From: Candidatus Thorarchaeota archaeon
Lineage (GTDB): Archaea > Asgardarchaeota > Thorarchaeia > Thorarchaeales > Thorarchaeaceae
Length of the DNA: 50,085 nucleotides
Direction: 5' to 3'
Assembly: GCA_048882385.1 (NCBI GenBank)
Contig: JBHLRQ010000012.1
Location: 1 to 50,085 of the forward strand
Shown piece after piece: positions 1 to 10,195 of this stretch. How positions within the stretch are numbered: the stretch's first letter is position 1; each line of letters starts with the position of its first letter. Made by a program: the position numbers and the translations under genes. The notes beneath the pieces are model-generated. The model worked only from the letters and a program-made list of their open reading frames with translations, was not told the DNA's origin and did no database searches.

Positions 1-615
1 CAGCATCCTGTCTATCACATCAACTGCTTTCTCATTGTTGGGATACATCGTCGAGAGAAGTCTTAGATGTCCACCAAGTTCGGATTTCTTCTCCACTAAT
101 GTTACCTTGAAGCCCCTTGAACCTATATCAACTGCAGCTCTCAAACCAGTAACTCCTCCTCCAACAACGAGGGCATGTGGAGCAACTTTAACAGTCTTTA
201 CCTCCAATGGTTCGAGTAGTGCAGCCCTAGCTACAGCCATTCTCACTAGATCTTCAGCCTTCTTAGTGGCTTTCTCAGGCTCTCGAGCATGGCACCAAGA
301 ACAATGTTCGCGGAGATTCACCTGTTCGAAAACATATCTATTGAGACCTGCTTCTTCCACAACACGTCTAAAAGTTGGCTCATGCATTCTCGGCGAGCAA
401 CTCGCCACAACCACACGATTGAGATTGTTCACATGAATCATATCTTTGATTAATTGCTGTCCCGAATCACTACACATGAACATAAAGTCAGAAGAATGCT
501 CTACGTGTGGAAAGTGCTGTGCATTCCGAGCAAGAGATTGGACATCAACAGTTCCTGCTATATTATGACCACAGTGACAAACAAATACACCAATCCTTGG
601 TTCATCCTGAGTCAT
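1..615 (-). CDS. hdrA: HdrA-like flavoprotein, 5' part (runs off the window; not in the ORF track)
   Basis: Manual translation from ATG 615 (TAATG overlap with the upstream stop): MTQDEPRIGVFVCHCGHNIAG...VVASCSPRMHEPTF...NLREHCSWCH...ALVVGGGVTG. This is the HdrA N-terminal Fe-S domain plus the FAD GxGxxG motif; the frame is open to base 1. Confidence 0.9.
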   Translation of the reverse strand, partial: MTQDEPRIGVFVCHCGHNIAGTVDVQSLARNAQHFPHVEHSSDFMFMCSDSGQQLIKDMIHVNNLNRVVVASCSPRMHEPTFRRVVEEAGLNRYVFEQVNLREHCSWCHAREPEKATKKAEDLVRMAVARAALLEPLEVKTVKVAPHALVVGGGVTGLRAAVDIGSRGFKVTLVEKKSELGGHLRLLSTMYPNNEKAVDVIDRML

Positions 616-1955
616 TATGGTTCACCTCCTCTTGCGAGTATTATACTCGCTCGCATTGCTGCTGCGCTTCCTGCAGCAACAGAGTCCGGTATGTCTTTTG
701 CAGATTCAGCGCATCCTGCTACAAAGACACCTGAAACACTAGTATCAACAGGATTACTTGCAGGATACTTTATTGGGATGAATCCGTCCTCACTCACATC
801 GAGTCCAACATTCTCCGCTAGCAATTTCAGATCCGCGGGTGGAAGAATACCTGGACATAGTACTAACAGCTCGTGTTCATGTTTGAGAAACTCACCAGTT
901 TCAGTGTTCTCAGCCCAAATCGTTAGATTCTTTGTACTCGGATTTTCTGCAACCTCACCAACCCTACCACGGATGAATTTGATGCCAAACCGTTCCTTTG
1001 CCATATTAGTGAATTCTTCGAAACCCTTCCCATACGCTCGAATGTCAGCATAATATATTGTTACATTCTTGACATTGTCATGTTGTAACTCTTTAGCCAT
1101 GACTGCATTTTTCACGCCATACATGCAACAAACTCTACTGCAATATGGTACTCCCTTCTGTACATCACGCGCTCCCACACATTGGACAAAGCCAATTGAC
1201 CTTGGTATTTTTCCATCGCTTAGTCTCATGAGGTTTCCATGAGTCGGGCCTGCAGCATTGATAAGCCGTTCATATTCAAGCGCATTTATCACATTCTTGA
1301 AACGACCATATCCAAGTCGGTGATACTTAGAAACATCAAATAACTGATATCCAGTAGCGATCACTATGGCTCCAACTGGAATCTCAATCTCCTCGTCTTC
1401 CATCGAGAGATCGATTGCCTCTCGATCACACGATTTGACGCACAGTTCGCACTTGATACAGTTCTCACTGTCGATAGTGTATACGAGAGGCGTATTCTGC
1501 GGGAAACCAATGTATATTGCTTTTCGATAGCCTAAGTTTTGATCAAACTCGTTCTTGACTTGTATCGGACAATGAGGAACGCAGTCACCACAACCCGAAC
1601 ACTTGTCCTCAATGACCTTTCTTGCTTTCTTGAGAACCCGAACACGGAAATCCCTAGCTTCACCAGTAATTCCCTTAACTTCACTGTAAGTCAAGAGTTT
1701 GATATTCGGATGTCGGGAAACCTCACTTAATCGTGGAGTAAGAATACACGCACTGCAATCCAATGTTGGGAAGGTCTTATCCAACATTGCCATCACACCA
1801 CCAATTGAGGGAGTCTTCTCAACAAGAACTACCTGGAACCCTTGATCAGCAATATCCAACGCAGCTTGCATACCTGCAACTCCACCACCAATGACGAGTG
1901 CAGTTTCTGAAGGTCTGAGAGATCCAAGGTCTACTTGATCACCTGCTACTGTCAC
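615..1955 (-). CDS. hdrA: HdrA-like FAD/Fe-S core subunit (lacks N-terminal domain and C-terminal ferredoxin)
   Basis: [22 protein letters not shown], two CxxCxxCxxxC motifs, QCVGARD...YCSRVCC, GVFVAGC...KDIPDS. Confidence 0.9.
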   Translation of the reverse strand: MTVAGDQVDLGSLRPSETALVIGGGVAGMQAALDIADQGFQVVLVEKTPSIGGVMAMLDKTFPTLDCSACILTPRLSEVSRHPNIKLLTYSEVKGITGEARDFRVRVLKKARKVIEDKCSGCGDCVPHCPIQVKNEFDQNLGYRKAIYIGFPQNTPLVYTIDSENCIKCELCVKSCDREAIDLSMEDEEIEIPVGAIVIATGYQLFDVSKYHRLGYGRFKNVINALEYERLINAAGPTHGNLMRLSDGKIPRSIGFVQCVGARDVQKGVPYCSRVCCMYGVKNAVMAKELQHDNVKNVTIYYADIRAYGKGFEEFTNMAKERFGIKFIRGRVGEVAENPSTKNLTIWAENTETGEFLKHEHELLVLCPGILPPADLKLLAENVGLDVSEDGFIPIKYPASNPVDTSVSGVFVAGCAESAKDIPDSVAAGSAAAMRASIILARGGEP

Positions 1956-2383
1956 TTAGTATTACCTCCTGCCTTCAGCGGACTAGGTCCGAGCCGTCTA
2001 ATTGAGTCTGTCATCTCAGTTATTCCATCTGCCCACTGTTGCCCTTCTGAAGCGCTTGCCCAAAGAAGTTTGAGTCTATCAGAATGAAGACCCATAGTCT
2101 TCATTGCCATCTGAAGAGCATCGAAGCGAACTTGTGTCCGATAGTTACCAGTGGCATAATGGCAATCCCCAGGGTGGCATCCAGTGACCATGACACCATC
2201 TGCGCCACCTTTGAAGGCCTCTAACACCATCACTGGATCTACACGACCTGAACACATCAGGCGAATCACTTTTGCATTCGGAGGATGTTGGATGCGAGAA
2301 ATTCCAGCTAAATCTGCACCTCCGTATGAACACCAGTTGCATGTGAAAGCAACAATACTTGGTTCAAATCGCTTCGGACTCAA
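1952..2383 (-). CDS. mvhD: MvhD/FlpD [2Fe-2S] subunit
   Basis: AFTCNWCSYGGADLAG, MCSGRVDP, GCHPGDCHY, WASASE; start and stop overlap the neighbouring genes. Confidence 0.93.
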   Translation of the reverse strand: MSPKRFEPSIVAFTCNWCSYGGADLAGISRIQHPPNAKVIRLMCSGRVDPVMVLEAFKGGADGVMVTGCHPGDCHYATGNYRTQVRFDALQMAMKTMGLHSDRLKLLWASASEGQQWADGITEMTDSIRRLGPSPLKAGGNTK

Positions 2384-5300
2384 TGTATCACCTCTCCTTT
2401 CACTTTAGCTGCTGCTAATATCTGCGGCAGAATCTGTTGTTTGCGATAATGTCGCATGTCTATAGCGTGCATTGGACATCCTCCAGCGCAGGTTCCACAC
2501 CCTTGACATAGTTCAAACATGACCCTACGTTCCTCTCCTGACCCAGAAATAGCTCCATACGGACAAAGGTCAAGGCAAAGGTCACAGTCTATACAGAGAT
2601 CTGTATCAATCTCGGCATAGATTGGTTCAACAAAGAACTTGCCAGGAGCCATTAGAGATTGCGCTCCAGCTGCAGCTCCTTTACCATAAGCTACAGCTTT
2701 CGGAATGTCCATTGGTCCTAATACTGCACCAGCTAGAAATACTCCATCTTGGAAAGAATCAACTGGACGCAGTTTTGGGTGAGCTTCCATCAGGTAACCA
2801 TACTCACCCGTGGAAACCTTCAATTTTCTAGCTAACTCTGGAGTATCATCGTTGGGCAAAAGGGCTGTAGCCAAGACAACTAAGTCCGTTGTCGTTTCAA
2901 GACGTTCTCCGGTGTAGAGGTCTTCAGCCATAACAACAAGTGATTTAGTTTCAGGGTCTTCTTCAATCTCTGAGGGTCTGCCTTTGACAACTATTACTCC
3001 CTTTTCTCGAGCTCTTCTATAGAGACCTTCGTAGCCAAGACCATGAGTCCTGATATCCATTGCATATACTATTATTTCAGTTTCAGGATACTTCTCCTTG
3101 ATTTGGATTGCTTGTTTTAACGAGTTCTCACAACCTATGTAGCAGCAGTAGTCCTGGTCAAACCTACGGTCTCGAGAACCTACACATTGCACAAAGGCTA
3201 CTCGTTTGGGTATCGTATGATCAGATGGTCTCTTTGGTTTACCCTGAGTAGGTCCAGCTGCATTGGTCAATCTTTCAAGCTGGGCATTCGTGATTACATT
3301 CTCAAAAGTACCATATCCGAACTCACGTGTGTCTAGTGGGTCATAGGTTTTGAAGCCCGTGGCAACTATGATTGCACCAACATTGAGTTCGACAATTTCG
3401 TCCTTTAATGAATGATCAACCGCGTCTAGCTTGCAGGCTTCAACACATTTCTCACACTCACAACATACACCACAGTTTAAACATCGGTTAGCTTCTGTGA
3501 TCGCCATCACTTTGTCAAAGCTCAACTCGACCTCTTCAAAGGTGCTCTTCCGTTTTGTCATGCTAAGATGGCGCATTATTGGAGCATAGCCTAACCTCAT
3601 CTTAGTTTCATCAACCTCGACATCTTCGATTGGAATGAGAATCTCTTCTCTTCCCTCAGAGAGGTCAACACCACGCAAAAAGCGGTCAATAGACTTTGCA
3701 GCTTCTTTTCCTGCAGCCACAGCCTCTACAACCGTGCCACCTCCGCCAAAGACAACAGCACCTCCTCCAAAAACGCCTTTCACGTTGGTTTCAAGTGTTA
3801 CTGGGTTTACCTCTAGAGAACCCCACATATTCGGCTCAAGTTTTTCTAATAGCGATTCAGATGTTACCTCTTGTCCAATTGCGATGATAATATTGTCCAA
3901 AGACATCTTAAACTCGGAATTAGGAATAGGCACAGGTCTTCTTCTGCCAGATTCATCCGGAGCACCCAAACGCATCCGAATGCATTTCATTCCTGTAAGG
4001 ACCTTATTCTTCTCTAGAATTTCTATGGGAGTAGCAAGGAAGTCAATCTTGATTCCTTCCTCTTCCGCAGCGATCACTTCTGAGAGAATTGCAGGCATTT
4101 CTTCTTTAGAGCGCCTATAGACAATGTTTACCTTCTTTGCTCCCAATCGTCTTGCTGTTCGTGCAGCATCGATGGCGGCATTACCACCACCAATCACTGC
4201 CACATTATTGCCAAGTTCAACAGATTTTCCACTATTTATCTTATCTAGAAAAGAAAGGGCATGATATACACCCTTTGTGTTTTCTCCTTTGACATCTAAC
4301 TTGCGACTTCCCGGAGCACCAGTGCCAACAAAAATAGCTTTGAACCCTTGTTGTTTTAGCTCATCGATAGACTCAACTTTAGTTCCAGTCTGAATGGTGA
4401 CTCCGAGCTGTGTGACAATTCCAACTTCGTAGTCAAGGATATCTCGCGGAAGACGATATTCAGGTATTCCCCATCGTAGTAGTCCACCCGCTTTCTTCCT
4501 CGCTTCAAAGACCGTTACGGAGTATCCCTCTTGGACAAGGTCATATGCACACGCAAGACCTGCTGGACCTGCTCCTACAATAGCCACAGGTTTCTTGGCT
4601 TTCTTTTTGTCAGGTTTGACAGCCTCGAATTTGATTCCACCATTGTTTCGTTCATAGTCTACCAAGAATCGGTGAAGATTCTTGATACTGATGGCCTCAT
4701 CATATTTGCCACGCTCACAATCAAGCATACAAGGATTCGTACAGACACGCCCAAGGATTCCAGGGAATGGCGAGCTTCTACGATAGATTTCAAGCGCTTC
4801 ATCAAATCGTTCCCCTTTAAGAAGAGTGATGAAAGCTTGAATATTTACATGAGCAGGACAAGCAATCCTGCATGGTGATGTACCCTTCTTGTCAATAGTA
4901 AATTTATTGGGAACAGCTTGCGGGAATGGTCTGTAGGCTGCTTTTCTTGTTGCAATTCCAAACTCATACTCGCTTGTTACACTTACTGGACAAACACTCT
5001 CACAATCGCCGCATCCATTGCATTTCTCCCAGTTAATAAAAGGAGACTTCTTTCTGACCTTTAACCTGAAGTTGCCTACATACCCATCAACCTCATCTAC
5101 CTCACTATAGGTCATGAGATTGATTTTTGGATGCTGACCCACTTTCGACATAATTGGACCAAGTATACAAATAGCGCAGTCATTCTGTGGAAACACCTTG
5201 TCTAGTAGTGCCATCTGGCCACCAATCGTAGGACGACTCTCGATCAGATGAGTTTCAAAGCCAGCATTTGCTAAGTCAAGAGCAGCTGATATTCCAGCTA

Positions 5301-5763
5301 CTCCACCACCAATTACTGCAGCGCTCTGAACTACATCAACAGACTTCCGTTCAAGCGGTTCGAGATACTTAACTCGTTCAACAGCCATTGCTACGAGTTC
5401 CTGGGCTTTCATCGTTGCAAAATCATGATCATCCATATGGACCCAACTGACATGTTCTCGAAGGTTGACTTGATCATAGAGATATCTGTTCAAACCAGCT
5501 TCTTCAACGCATGCACGAAAAACTGGTTCATGGGTTCGGGGAGTGCATGACGCAACTACTATTCTATTGAGACTATACTCTTTGATGGCTTGCTTGATAT
5601 TCTCTTGTCCATCATCAGAGCACGCAAACAAAAGATCCACGGAATGCGTTACATCCGGCAATGTTGCTGCATAGCTCGCTACAGCCTCACAGTCCACAGT
5701 TCCTGCAATATTCAATCCACAATTGCATACAAATACACCAATTCGCAAATCTGAATCACTCAT
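2380..5763 (-). CDS. hdrA: HdrA with inserted GltD/NfnB-like pyridine-nucleotide oxidoreductase (HdrL-type fusion), 1127 aa
   Basis: HdrA N-terminus ([28 protein letters not shown]); insert with [38 protein letters not shown]; HdrA C-terminus with a 2x[4Fe-4S] ferredoxin. Confidence 0.9.
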   Translation of the reverse strand: MSDSDLRIGVFVCNCGLNIAGTVDCEAVASYAATLPDVTHSVDLLFACSDDGQENIKQAIKEYSLNRIVVASCTPRTHEPVFRACVEEAGLNRYLYDQVNLREHVSWVHMDDHDFATMKAQELVAMAVERVKYLEPLERKSVDVVQSAAVIGGGVAGISAALDLANAGFETHLIESRPTIGGQMALLDKVFPQNDCAICILGPIMSKVGQHPKINLMTYSEVDEVDGYVGNFRLKVRKKSPFINWEKCNGCGDCESVCPVSVTSEYEFGIATRKAAYRPFPQAVPNKFTIDKKGTSPCRIACPAHVNIQAFITLLKGERFDEALEIYRRSSPFPGILGRVCTNPCMLDCERGKYDEAISIKNLHRFLVDYERNNGGIKFEAVKPDKKKAKKPVAIVGAGPAGLACAYDLVQEGYSVTVFEARKKAGGLLRWGIPEYRLPRDILDYEVGIVTQLGVTIQTGTKVESIDELKQQGFKAIFVGTGAPGSRKLDVKGENTKGVYHALSFLDKINSGKSVELGNNVAVIGGGNAAIDAARTARRLGAKKVNIVYRRSKEEMPAILSEVIAAEEEGIKIDFLATPIEILEKNKVLTGMKCIRMRLGAPDESGRRRPVPIPNSEFKMSLDNIIIAIGQEVTSESLLEKLEPNMWGSLEVNPVTLETNVKGVFGGGAVVFGGGGTVVEAVAAGKEAAKSIDRFLRGVDLSEGREEILIPIEDVEVDETKMRLGYAPIMRHLSMTKRKSTFEEVELSFDKVMAITEANRCLNCGVCCECEKCVEACKLDAVDHSLKDEIVELNVGAIIVATGFKTYDPLDTREFGYGTFENVITNAQLERLTNAAGPTQGKPKRPSDHTIPKRVAFVQCVGSRDRRFDQDYCCYIGCENSLKQAIQIKEKYPETEIIVYAMDIRTHGLGYEGLYRRAREKGVIVVKGRPSEIEEDPETKSLVVMAEDLYTGERLETTTDLVVLATALLPNDDTPELARKLKVSTGEYGYLMEAHPKLRPVDSFQDGVFLAGAVLGPMDIPKAVAYGKGAAAGAQSLMAPGKFFVEPIYAEIDTDLCIDCDLCLDLCPYGAISGSGEERRVMFELCQGCGTCAGGCPMHAIDMRHYRKQQILPQILAAAKVKGEVIH

Positions 5764-6656
5764 CTACTACCACCTCCCATAATCTTGGCAATTATTTTGT
5801 CTGTCTTGATGGTATGAAGATCGAGCCCAAGCTCCTCGGGTTTGTATCCAAATCCCAATGCTAGAATCTGAGGATAGTGTAGAACTGGTAGTTCAAGATC
5901 ATCCATTCCGAACTTACGTTTGATTCCTCTCTGTCCCATGTCATGTTGAAGATGACAGAGTGAACAGACTGTTACGATTCCATCCACACCTGCTTCATTC
6001 ACGTCCATAAGACGTTCATGAAGTACTCTATCAGCTAAATCGTCATGAACTCCTCGAAGTAGTCCACCACAACAACGATGGCGGCCTGCATATTGGACAC
6101 TATTGACACCAAACTGTTCTAGGAGTTCATCTGCAAAGATAGGTCTCTCAGAATATTCAATGTTCAACAGCTCGTGAGGTTTAAGCATGTGACATCCATA
6201 ACGAAGACCGATTGAGATACTGCTAAGATCCCTGGTAGATTTCCGACTTATCTCATCAGCTCCAATATCTTTGTGGAGGAAATCGACCAAATGTCGAGAT
6301 TCAACTTTGCCTTCATAATGAAGACCAACTCCCCGAAGAATTTCATCAATTCGTTCACGCATGTCAGGATAGTTCTCAAGAACGTGATTCACGCGTTTGT
6401 ATGAGTGGAAACATCCACTACAAGGAGTCAATAGGTCAAGACCCATCTCTTCAGCCTTGGCCAAATTTCGAGCAGCCATTGCAATAGATGTTGTAAGGTC
6501 AAGCGACTGCATCCAGAATGGTGCACAACAGGACTCATTTGGAATATCAATCGTTTCAACACCCAGATGCTCCAATACTTTCCTGGTTGCAGCTTCATAT
6601 CCTATTAGAGACCGTCTTGTTGGTACTAGACATCCCCAAGCAATTGCTTTTTTCAT
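5760..6656 (-). CDS. hdrB: Heterodisulfide reductase subunit B-like (two CCG domains)
   Basis: GC, SCCAP, CSGC, YGCH, RCCGG, CSLC: the 10 Cys of two CCG domains. Confidence 0.9.
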   Translation of the reverse strand: MKKAIAWGCLVPTRRSLIGYEAATRKVLEHLGVETIDIPNESCCAPFWMQSLDLTTSIAMAARNLAKAEEMGLDLLTPCSGCFHSYKRVNHVLENYPDMRERIDEILRGVGLHYEGKVESRHLVDFLHKDIGADEISRKSTRDLSSISIGLRYGCHMLKPHELLNIEYSERPIFADELLEQFGVNSVQYAGRHRCCGGLLRGVHDDLADRVLHERLMDVNEAGVDGIVTVCSLCHLQHDMGQRGIKRKFGMDDLELPVLHYPQILALGFGYKPEELGLDLHTIKTDKIIAKIMGGGSR

Positions 6657-7207
6657 TCTGAATCCTCCTCCTTCTGATTCGCTGCAATTACAACATCGAG
6701 TCCTCCTGCCCGCATGATAGCTCTTAGTTGTACAGTATCAGGGTCCTGCAGGGGAGGTAATCCGAGATTTTCTCGCATTTTATCCACCAGTCCAGTCCTA
6801 GCACTAACACGTCCATTCTTCCGAACCATCTCAGCCATCTTGATATAACCAGGAGCAGCATTTCCATCCTTACTAGCCATGTTTCGTAAAACAGTGACTA
6901 CATCTGTAAAGTTCACTTGCTGGACGCAACGTTCCTCACAAGTAAAACAAGCAGCACAAAGCCAAATCTGATCGCTGGATAGAACTTCATCCTTTAAACC
7001 CAGTAGAACATTACCTAGAACCTTTCTAGGTCTATAATCAATCACTGAGCCAACTGGACATCCACCGCTGCATGCTCCACACTTTAAGCAACGGAGTAGA
7101 CCCTCTCCACCGACCATACTGGCGACATCATGTTTGAAGGACGCCTCAACATCTTTGTCCCGGACTGGGAAATCGCCTCGGTATCCTCTTTTATCTGTTT
7201 GTTCCAT
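6653..7207 (-). CDS. hdrC: Heterodisulfide reductase subunit C-like
   Basis: [12 protein letters not shown] and [14 protein letters not shown]; C-terminal R..LGLPPL. Confidence 0.9.
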   Translation of the reverse strand: MEQTDKRGYRGDFPVRDKDVEASFKHDVASMVGGEGLLRCLKCGACSGGCPVGSVIDYRPRKVLGNVLLGLKDEVLSSDQIWLCAACFTCEERCVQQVNFTDVVTVLRNMASKDGNAAPGYIKMAEMVRKNGRVSARTGLVDKMRENLGLPPLQDPDTVQLRAIMRAGGLDVVIAANQKEEDSE

Positions 7208-7209
7208 TG

Positions 7210-8094
7210 TTACCTCACACCTGTCAATGAACCAAGTATTCGACTAGGACTTGTTCGATTCATATGTAACCCAAGTTCATCATCGAGAATCCCAAGGGCT
7301 GGACCCAAAAACTGAGGGAGTGTCATTACAGGAATTCTCGATTTCTCCCACCGCCCACCGAATTGGACCTGAGTAAGTTGAATATCACAATATGAGCATG
7401 CAGAAACGATTCCTTCGCCACCTGCTTCTTTGATGTGCCTAACTTTATTCAGACCTACTTTCCCTGCCAGTTTTTCATTCATAGCGAGTAACGGTGCTCC
7501 ACAGCATTGCATCTTCTCAGGATAGTCAATGGGAATACCACCTGCTATCTGAATAATGGAATCAATGATGGTTGGCGTTTCAGCACAGCTAGAGTGCAGG
7601 TTTTCAAATGGTCGAGTCACATAGCAGCTGTAGTGACTTGCTAATCTAATACCATCGTAAGGATTTGTGATTGATGATTCGATTCTCTCTAGGCCTATGT
7701 CTTCTTGAAATACATCAAGAAGATGCTTCACATTCACTTTCCTATTATACGTTAGGCCTTCTTCAGCTAGAAGATCATTTACTTCTGCCCTTGCTGTCTT
7801 CCGTCTATCGAGGAGTTTTTTTACATGCTTGAGAGATCCTGCACAAGCGGCACAGATTGCCAAAAGATCTTTCCCAGTCTTTTCGGCTAGCGCAAGCAAT
7901 CTTCCTCCTAAAGCTAGGAAAGCTTTCTCATTGAGAGATTCAATAAACAATGCTCCGCAACAGTTCGCATTCCTGAGTGGCCCAATACTTATTCCAAATT
8001 TGTCTAATACAATATTCGTGGCAACCTCATAGGCAGGAAGACGCACTGGTGTAGAACAACCTCTGAACAGCACATAATCCCTCATGTAGTTCAT
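7210..8094 (-). CDS. hdrB: Heterodisulfide reductase subunit B-like, second copy
   Basis: FRGC, NCCGA, CAAC, HYSCY, QCCGA, CSYC. Confidence 0.87.
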   Translation of the reverse strand: MNYMRDYVLFRGCSTPVRLPAYEVATNIVLDKFGISIGPLRNANCCGALFIESLNEKAFLALGGRLLALAEKTGKDLLAICAACAGSLKHVKKLLDRRKTARAEVNDLLAEEGLTYNRKVNVKHLLDVFQEDIGLERIESSITNPYDGIRLASHYSCYVTRPFENLHSSCAETPTIIDSIIQIAGGIPIDYPEKMQCCGAPLLAMNEKLAGKVGLNKVRHIKEAGGEGIVSACSYCDIQLTQVQFGGRWEKSRIPVMTLPQFLGPALGILDDELGLHMNRTSPSRILGSLTGVR

Positions 8095-8582
8095 CCACCT
8101 TCCTGAAAGTACTTGGATTTCACACGTTTCGTGTAACGCTTATTCCAGGTCAATCTGGAACTCAAACCGAGTTCCTTGCGCTCATCTGCAACAAAATCGG
8201 AATAGGCATTCTTCTGTGACCAACCATCAGCCAGAATGGAATGTGTTGCTTTGAGAAAAGCTGGTTGAACAAAACCTTCCTTGATAGCAAACCTTCTTAC
8301 AACATTGAAAACATCTGAAAGATTTACTCCATGTTGACAGGTTCTCTCACAGAGATGACATGTCTTGCATAACCAAGGCTGCTCACTCTCCATAACTGCT
8401 TCCCTAGCACCAACAAGAATCTTCTGAACAACTTGACGGGGATTGTACTCGGTACCGGATGCAATTGCACAGCTTGCAGTACAAACACCACATGCTATGC
8501 ATTTATTGATCACTTCACCACCAGGCATTGTTGCCAGTTGTTGAGTGAAACTTGAGGATGGAATGAGTCTTGTTCGAACCAC
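8091..8582 (-). CDS. hdrC: Heterodisulfide reductase subunit C-like, second copy
   Basis: CIACGVCTASC and PWLCKTCHLCERTC; GTG start; ATGA overlap with hdrB. Confidence 0.87.
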   Translation of the reverse strand: MVRTRLIPSSSFTQQLATMPGGEVINKCIACGVCTASCAIASGTEYNPRQVVQKILVGAREAVMESEQPWLCKTCHLCERTCQHGVNLSDVFNVVRRFAIKEGFVQPAFLKATHSILADGWSQKNAYSDFVADERKELGLSSRLTWNKRYTKRVKSKYFQEGG

Positions 8583-9369
8583 CTAAGTGCACCTATTGAA
8601 TTGGCTATGATCCTGAGCAATGATGTCAACGGTGTCTTTTGGTATGTCTTTTTTGTAGATTCGAAGCACGATGTTTCCAATTTTGTTCAAGTCATCGTCC
8701 TAGTCAATGAATTATATCCGTCAAAATTGCGCTATATGTTTCAGTGTCTCAGATGGAGCATCGTTTCAGAAGGATTGCACGTTTCCAAATGATTACTGTC
8801 AGATAACTGCTCATAAACATACGACAAATCCCTGATTTGTGTCGAGCCTAACTTTTTTGAAACGATGTAAGGAAATGTTAATGAACGACAAAAGAATGTT
8901 CAAAATGAAACATCACTGTTTTTGGCCAAATTAGGCTTAAGCTGAGCTATGCACAAAATGAAAGTGAAATATTAGAAATTAATTGGAAATCCTGAATAAC
9001 ATCAAACATTACAATCGAGGAAAAGCCTGTTTTTGATATATATTCAAATTTGCTTAGTAAATTCCGCGAGAAAATGAGAGTTACATTAGTTAATAGAAAA
9101 TGAAATTTTTTGAAATTCGTAAATTTGATGATTCTTTTCATTAGAAGAATATTGCTAGATGCACGTTTTCGTTCATATTATTTGCATAAGCTCAATATTT
9201 CAGAAACCATCAAAGAGAGGAAATCTTAAGATTTACGTGATTTTTTGGTATGACTTTTCATGATGATACAGAAAATCTTTCAATACATAAAGAAAAAGAG
9301 ATATCTATTGCCTAAATCATGCATCTCTTTGTTCTTTGTCGTGTGGACGAAGGATGGGAGCAATTGTCA

Positions 9370-10143
9370 ATGAAATCAAAATGGATTCGAATAGCAGCAG
9401 GACTATCAATGATGGTCCTTTGTATATCAGTGTACACCAACACCTCTCAAGCAGCTGAAGTATGGAGAGAAGAATTTGACAGTGGGCTCACGGGATGGAC
9501 AACATTTGCTTTTGAGTCATGGCAAAGTGGACCGGTTGTTGAGGGGAATTTCTCAACAGCTGATGATATGCTAACAGTGTTGGACGATGATGTCAATTTC
9601 GCTCGTCACGACAGCGCAAATGTGGTTGGAACTTGGAGCTTTGACATGTATATACCAGACACTCCAAACGGGTGGATAGGTGTTGCATTCATGTCGAATG
9701 GAACTCGGCCACTTGAATTAGACACTAGAATGATAGCAATTGAAGCAACAACAGATGGGACTGATCGATTCGTCATTTGGTGGCTTAGAGGAGCGAATAA
9801 TGGTGTGGCAGACACTGTTTACACACCTGGAGGAAGTATTGTAGGATGGCATCATATTGATGTCACAAGAACATCTGGCGGATCGTTCAATGTATTCTTC
9901 AATGGGACGTTCGAATACACTACACTCACAAATGATGTTACTCAATCAACTTACCTAGAATGCTTCGCAAGTAATGCAACAGGTGCAGCATTTGATAATA
10001 TCATTGTAAGCGATACAATTGATGTCACAACGCCAACTCTTACTCCAACAGCTCCGCCTATTTTATGGGAACTGGTTATGATTGGTGGCGGGGTTGCTAT
10101 AGTCGTGATACTGCTTATCATTATAGTTCTGAAACGAAGGTAA
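9370..10143 (+). CDS. Secreted, C-terminally anchored protein with a probable concanavalin/LamG-like beta-sandwich
   Basis: Signal peptide MKSKWIRIAAGL...SQA (start moved from 9319 to ATG 9370); GTWSFD and WHHIDVTR..G.FNVFFNG motifs; Pro/Thr linker, TM helix, KRR tail. Confidence 0.75.
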   Translation: MKSKWIRIAAGLSMMVLCISVYTNTSQAAEVWREEFDSGLTGWTTFAFESWQSGPVVEGNFSTADDMLTVLDDDVNFARHDSANVVGTWSFDMYIPDTPNGWIGVAFMSNGTRPLELDTRMIAIEATTDGTDRFVIWWLRGANNGVADTVYTPGGSIVGWHHIDVTRTSGGSFNVFFNGTFEYTTLTNDVTQSTYLECFASNATGAAFDNIIVSDTIDVTTPTLTPTAPPILWELVMIGGGVAIVVILLIIIVLKRR

Positions 10144-10145
10144 AC

Positions 10146-10190
10146 AAAAGGAATGAGGGTTATATGAAACTCTCAATCCCCTTTTTTCTT
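10146..10190. terminator. Hairpin with A/T tails between convergent genes (probable bidirectional terminator)
   Basis: AAAAGGAATGAGGGTT-atatga-AACTCTCAATCCCCTTTTTT. Confidence 0.6.
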
Positions 10191-10195
10191 CACTT

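Noticed and set aside
35-1053. + strand ORFs 35..436 and 454..1053, and the many other antisense ORFs in the track
   Set aside because: They are shadows of well-supported genes on the opposite strand, with no motifs or RBS.
8601-9141. ORFs 8601..8792 (+) and 8947..9141 (-)
   Set aside because: No RBS or recognisable motif; they lie in AT-rich promoter-like DNA.
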